DNA from: the human T2T-CHM13v2.0 reference genome, Homo sapiens
Reading direction: 5' to 3' (one strand)
Assembly (NCBI RefSeq): GCF_009914755.1
Contig: NC_060935.1
DNA: 64,000 nt
Made by a program: the position numbers and the translations under genes. Numbering within the stretch: the first letter of the stretch is position 1; every line of letters starts with the position of its first letter. The notes under the pieces were generated by a model, which was given only the letters and a program-made list of their open reading frames with translations, did not search any database and had not been told where the DNA came from. Positions 60,346-64,000 of this stretch are shown here, in pieces.

Positions 60346-60988
60346 TAAGAAGAGACAAAGAAGGTCACTATATAATAATAAAAGGGTCAATTCAGCAAGA
60401 GGATCTAACAATTTTAATTGTGCAACATGTGCACCCAGCACTGGGCCATCCAGATAGATAAAGGAATTATTATTAGAGCTAGAGAGAGATAGGCCCCAAT
60501 ACAATAATAGCTAGAGAGTTCAACACCCCACCTTCACCATTGGACAGATCTTCAAGACAGAAAATCAACAAAGAAACACCAGACTTAATCTGCACTATAG
60601 ACCTAATGAATCTAATAGATATTTACAGAATATTTCATCCAAGAACTGCAGAATACCTAGTCTTTTCCTCAGCATATGGATCATTCTCAAGGATAGACCA
60701 CATATTAGGTCACAAAACAAGTATTAAAGTATGCAAAAAAAAATTGAAATAATATCAAGCATCTTCTCTGACCACAATGGAATAAAACTAGAATTTAAAA
60801 ACAAGAAGAATTTTGGAAACTATACAAAGAGAGAGGGGGACCTATCTCTCTCTAGCTCTAATAATATTTCCTTTACCTATCTGGATGGCCCAGTGCTGGG
60901 TGCACATGTTGCACAGTTAAAATTGTTAGATCCTCTTGCTGAATTGACCCCTTCATTATTATATAGTGACCGTCTTTGTCTCTTCTTA
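60346..60988. repeat. Inverted duplication: 60346-60497 copied in reverse at 60836-60988
   Basis: ORFs 60182(+) and 60877(-) both end 'KKRQRRSLYNN..VNSARGSNNFNCATCAPSTGPSR'. About 7 differences by eye. Confidence 0.97.
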
Positions 60989-61969
60989 TATAAATACCTG
61001 GATATTACAGTATGCTCCTGAATGACTGGTAGGTTAATGAATAAATTAATAAGAAAATTAAAAATTTCTTGAGACAAATAATAACAGAAACACAACATAG
61101 CTAAATCTATGAGGCATAGCAAAGGACTGAGAGGGAAGTTGATAGCTATAAGTGCCTACATCAAAAAAGAGGAAAAGCTTCAAATAAACAATTTAACAAT
61201 GCATCTTGAAGAACTAGAAAAGCAAGAGCAAACCAAACCCAAATTAGTAGAAGAAAAAAAAAATAATGATCAGAGCAGAAATAAATGAAATTGAAATGAA
61301 AGAAAAAACAATACAAAATATCAATGAAACAAAAAAAAATTGCTTTTTTGAAAAGTTAAACAAAATTGACAAATCTTTCACCAAGCTAAACTAAGTAAAA
61401 GAGAGAGAAGATCCAAATAAATAAAATCAGAAATGAAAAAGGAGACATTACAAGATATACCACAGACATTCAAAGGATTATTAGTGGCTACTATGACCAA
61501 CTATATGCCAATAAATTGGAAAGGCTAGAAGAAATAGACAAATTTGTAGATACATACATGCTATCAAGATTAAACCCAGAGAAAATCCAAAACCTGAACA
61601 GACTAATAACAAGTAATGAGATAAAAGTCATAATAAAAAGTCTCCTAGCAAAACAATCTACAGATTCAATGCAATCCCTATCAAAATACCAATGACATTC
61701 TTCACAGAAATAGAAAAAAAAATCCTAAAATTTATGTGGAACCACAAAAGGCCCAGATTGGCCAAAGCTATCCTAAGCAAAAAGAATCAAACTGGAAGAA
61801 TCACATTACCTGAATTCAAATTACACTACAGAGCTATAGTAAACAAAACAGCACAGTACTGCCATAAAACAGACACGTAGACCAATGGAACAGAATAGAG
61901 AACCCAGAAAAAAATCCACACACCTACAGTGAACTCATTTTCAACAGAGGTACCAAGAACAAACAAGTA

Positions 61970-62795
61970 AGTGGGAGTCACTGAAAGAACTGCCAGTGGT
62001 CAAAGCTGGAACAATCTGAGTAAGAAAATAAAGTAGTATTGGATTATAATCCAAAGTATTAAATAAATATCCATTAATTCATACTGATATAAATGATTGA
62101 ATAAATAAGTAAATGGCAGAGAAGAGGCAAATCTCTAGGTAGGACTCCAAATAATTTATGTAGATACTCCACCCTCAAGGGTGGACATAGTGACTTCCTT
62201 CCAAAGAGTACAGTATGGAAAGGGAGGACACACTAGCTTCACAGTGGAGAAATCTGAATAATACCTTAGCTAAGTGATCAAGATTAATATTAACAAAGAT
62301 AAATCGCCCTTGATTTTAAATACCCTTGATATGATGTGACGATAATGGTACTTTACCTCTGTGGTCTTTCTCCCAAAAAAACTATGACCCCAGTCTCATC
62401 CTGAGAAAAACATCAGAAAAATCCCCATCGACAGACATTCTACAAGATACCCAACCAGTATTTCTCAAGACCGTAAGGTCATCAAAAACAAGGAAAGTCT
62501 AAAAAACTATCACAGCTAAGAAGAGCCTAAGGGGGCATGGCAGCTAAAGGTAATATGGTATCTTGTGTAAGATCCTAGAACCAGAAATGAACCTTTGGTA
62601 TATACAAATGAAATCTGAATTAAGTGTAAATTTTAGTTAATAATAATCTATCATTATGGGCTCATTAACTGTAGCAAATGTACCAAAGTATAGTCAAGTG
62701 TTAAGGAAACTGGTGTGGGATATGTGGGAATTCTCTGTACCATCTTCATAATTTTTCTGTAAATCTAAAACTTATAAAAAATAAATTTTACCTAG
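61970..62795 (+). mobile_element. L1MC3/4-type 3' UTR
   Basis: 'tgccagtggtcaaagctggaacaat..gag..a.aaaataaagtagtattggattataa', ending 'ttttctgtaaatctaaaact..taaaaataaa'. Confidence 0.85.
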
Positions 62796-62804
62796 AAAAC
62801 TACA

Positions 62805-62960
62805 AACCTAATGATGTGCATACTATTACTACTCCCACTTTATAGGGGAGGAAACCAAATCATGGAGAAAATAATTACCTCCTCACAGCTGCCAGAGCTG
62901 GGATATGAACCAGTCTGATTGCTGAATCTGTGTTCCCACCCACTATACTCCACTGCCTCA
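62805..62960 (-). mobile_element. MIR
   Basis: 'tactattactactcccactttatagggg aggaaac...gagctgggatatgaacc...tatactccactgcct'. Confidence 0.8.
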
Positions 62961-62976
62961 AAAAGGAACTTGCTTC

Positions 62977-63280
<304 letters not shown>

Positions 63281-63870
63281 GGAACTTGCTTCTTTCCCCA
63301 TGTTTACTAAAGGCTGTAATGACATCAGGGAAAGGGATCTAGTGAGCGCTTTCTCTCTTTCTCTGCTGGTATCCTCCCCACCCACTACCAGCTTTGGGCC
63401 AGGAAGGCCGAAGTAGAAAGGGAGCCGAAAGTACTGGAAGTTCCTGCTTGGCTGGTAACTGGAAACGACTGTAAGTTGGCATCAGGCTCTCTGGGTCCAA
63501 CATGCTTAAAGCTGAAGGTGTTTCCATGGGCTCTTTGGAGGCTGCTTGTGGGGCTCCAACCAAGGTCCCAAAAAGTAGGTATTTTTCTCCATATCCCCTC
63601 AGCTCTGGCTCTTGGCAGTTTATGTCCTGCCAGGCTGTTCCCTAAGGCAGGACATAAACAACTCTACCCCATCAGCACCAACAGCTGAAAGTCCAGAGAA
63701 ACACACAATACTAGACTCTCTACTCTCTCTTTGCTGCCATAGCAGCCTTAGATATCTGAGGTGTTCTCTACCTGCAAGGAACACACAGTGTGCACTTTTA
63801 ATCACCTGAAGCCCCTCTCCTCCCCCTCCCCTCCCCTCCAATTAGGCTGGCAGGGAGGAAGCAGGTGCAT

Positions 63871-63910
63871 TAACACACACACACTCTCTCTCTCTCTTTT
63901 TCTCTCTCTT
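63871..63910. repeat. (CA)n(CT)n microsatellite
   Basis: Directly visible. Confidence 0.9.
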
Positions 63911-64000
63911 ACTCTAGGGTCAAAGCTCAGCTTTCTCTAGTGAAATCCTGTGCACAAAATCTAATCCTCATACTTTGCACTTGATCTGATTTAGGTGATC

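Overview
This window is primate (human-like) genomic DNA, repeat-dense and apparently non-coding (intronic or intergenic). I found no protein-coding gene, RNA gene or CRISPR array that I can support. Every recognisable ORF in the track is a remnant of L1 ORF1/ORF2, Tigger transposase, MaLR internal sequence or Alu. The window holds 16 Alus (J, S and Y types), several decayed L1s, an apparently full-length Tigger1, a Tigger6/MER82-type element, an MSTB-type provirus with its internal region, many solo LTRs (MaLR, ERV1, ERVL), and L2, MIR and MER remnants plus microsatellites. Subfamily names come from my recall of consensus sequences, not from a database run, and boundaries of old repeats are approximate. 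I do not see a convincing novel biological system. The best unexplained structures are local self-copying events: a ~95% identical 150-bp inverted copy inside an L1 (60.3-61.0 kb), an old ~220-bp inverted duplication (40.5-41.3 kb), an old ~160-bp direct duplication (21.9/24.1 kb), an 18-bp templated insert in Tigger1, and two separately inserted Alus that share private variants. Weaker leads are a short CpG-rich 283-bp LTR, a chain of minus-strand splice-like sites with a CpG-rich donor, and a hairpin bracketed by C/D-box-like motifs.
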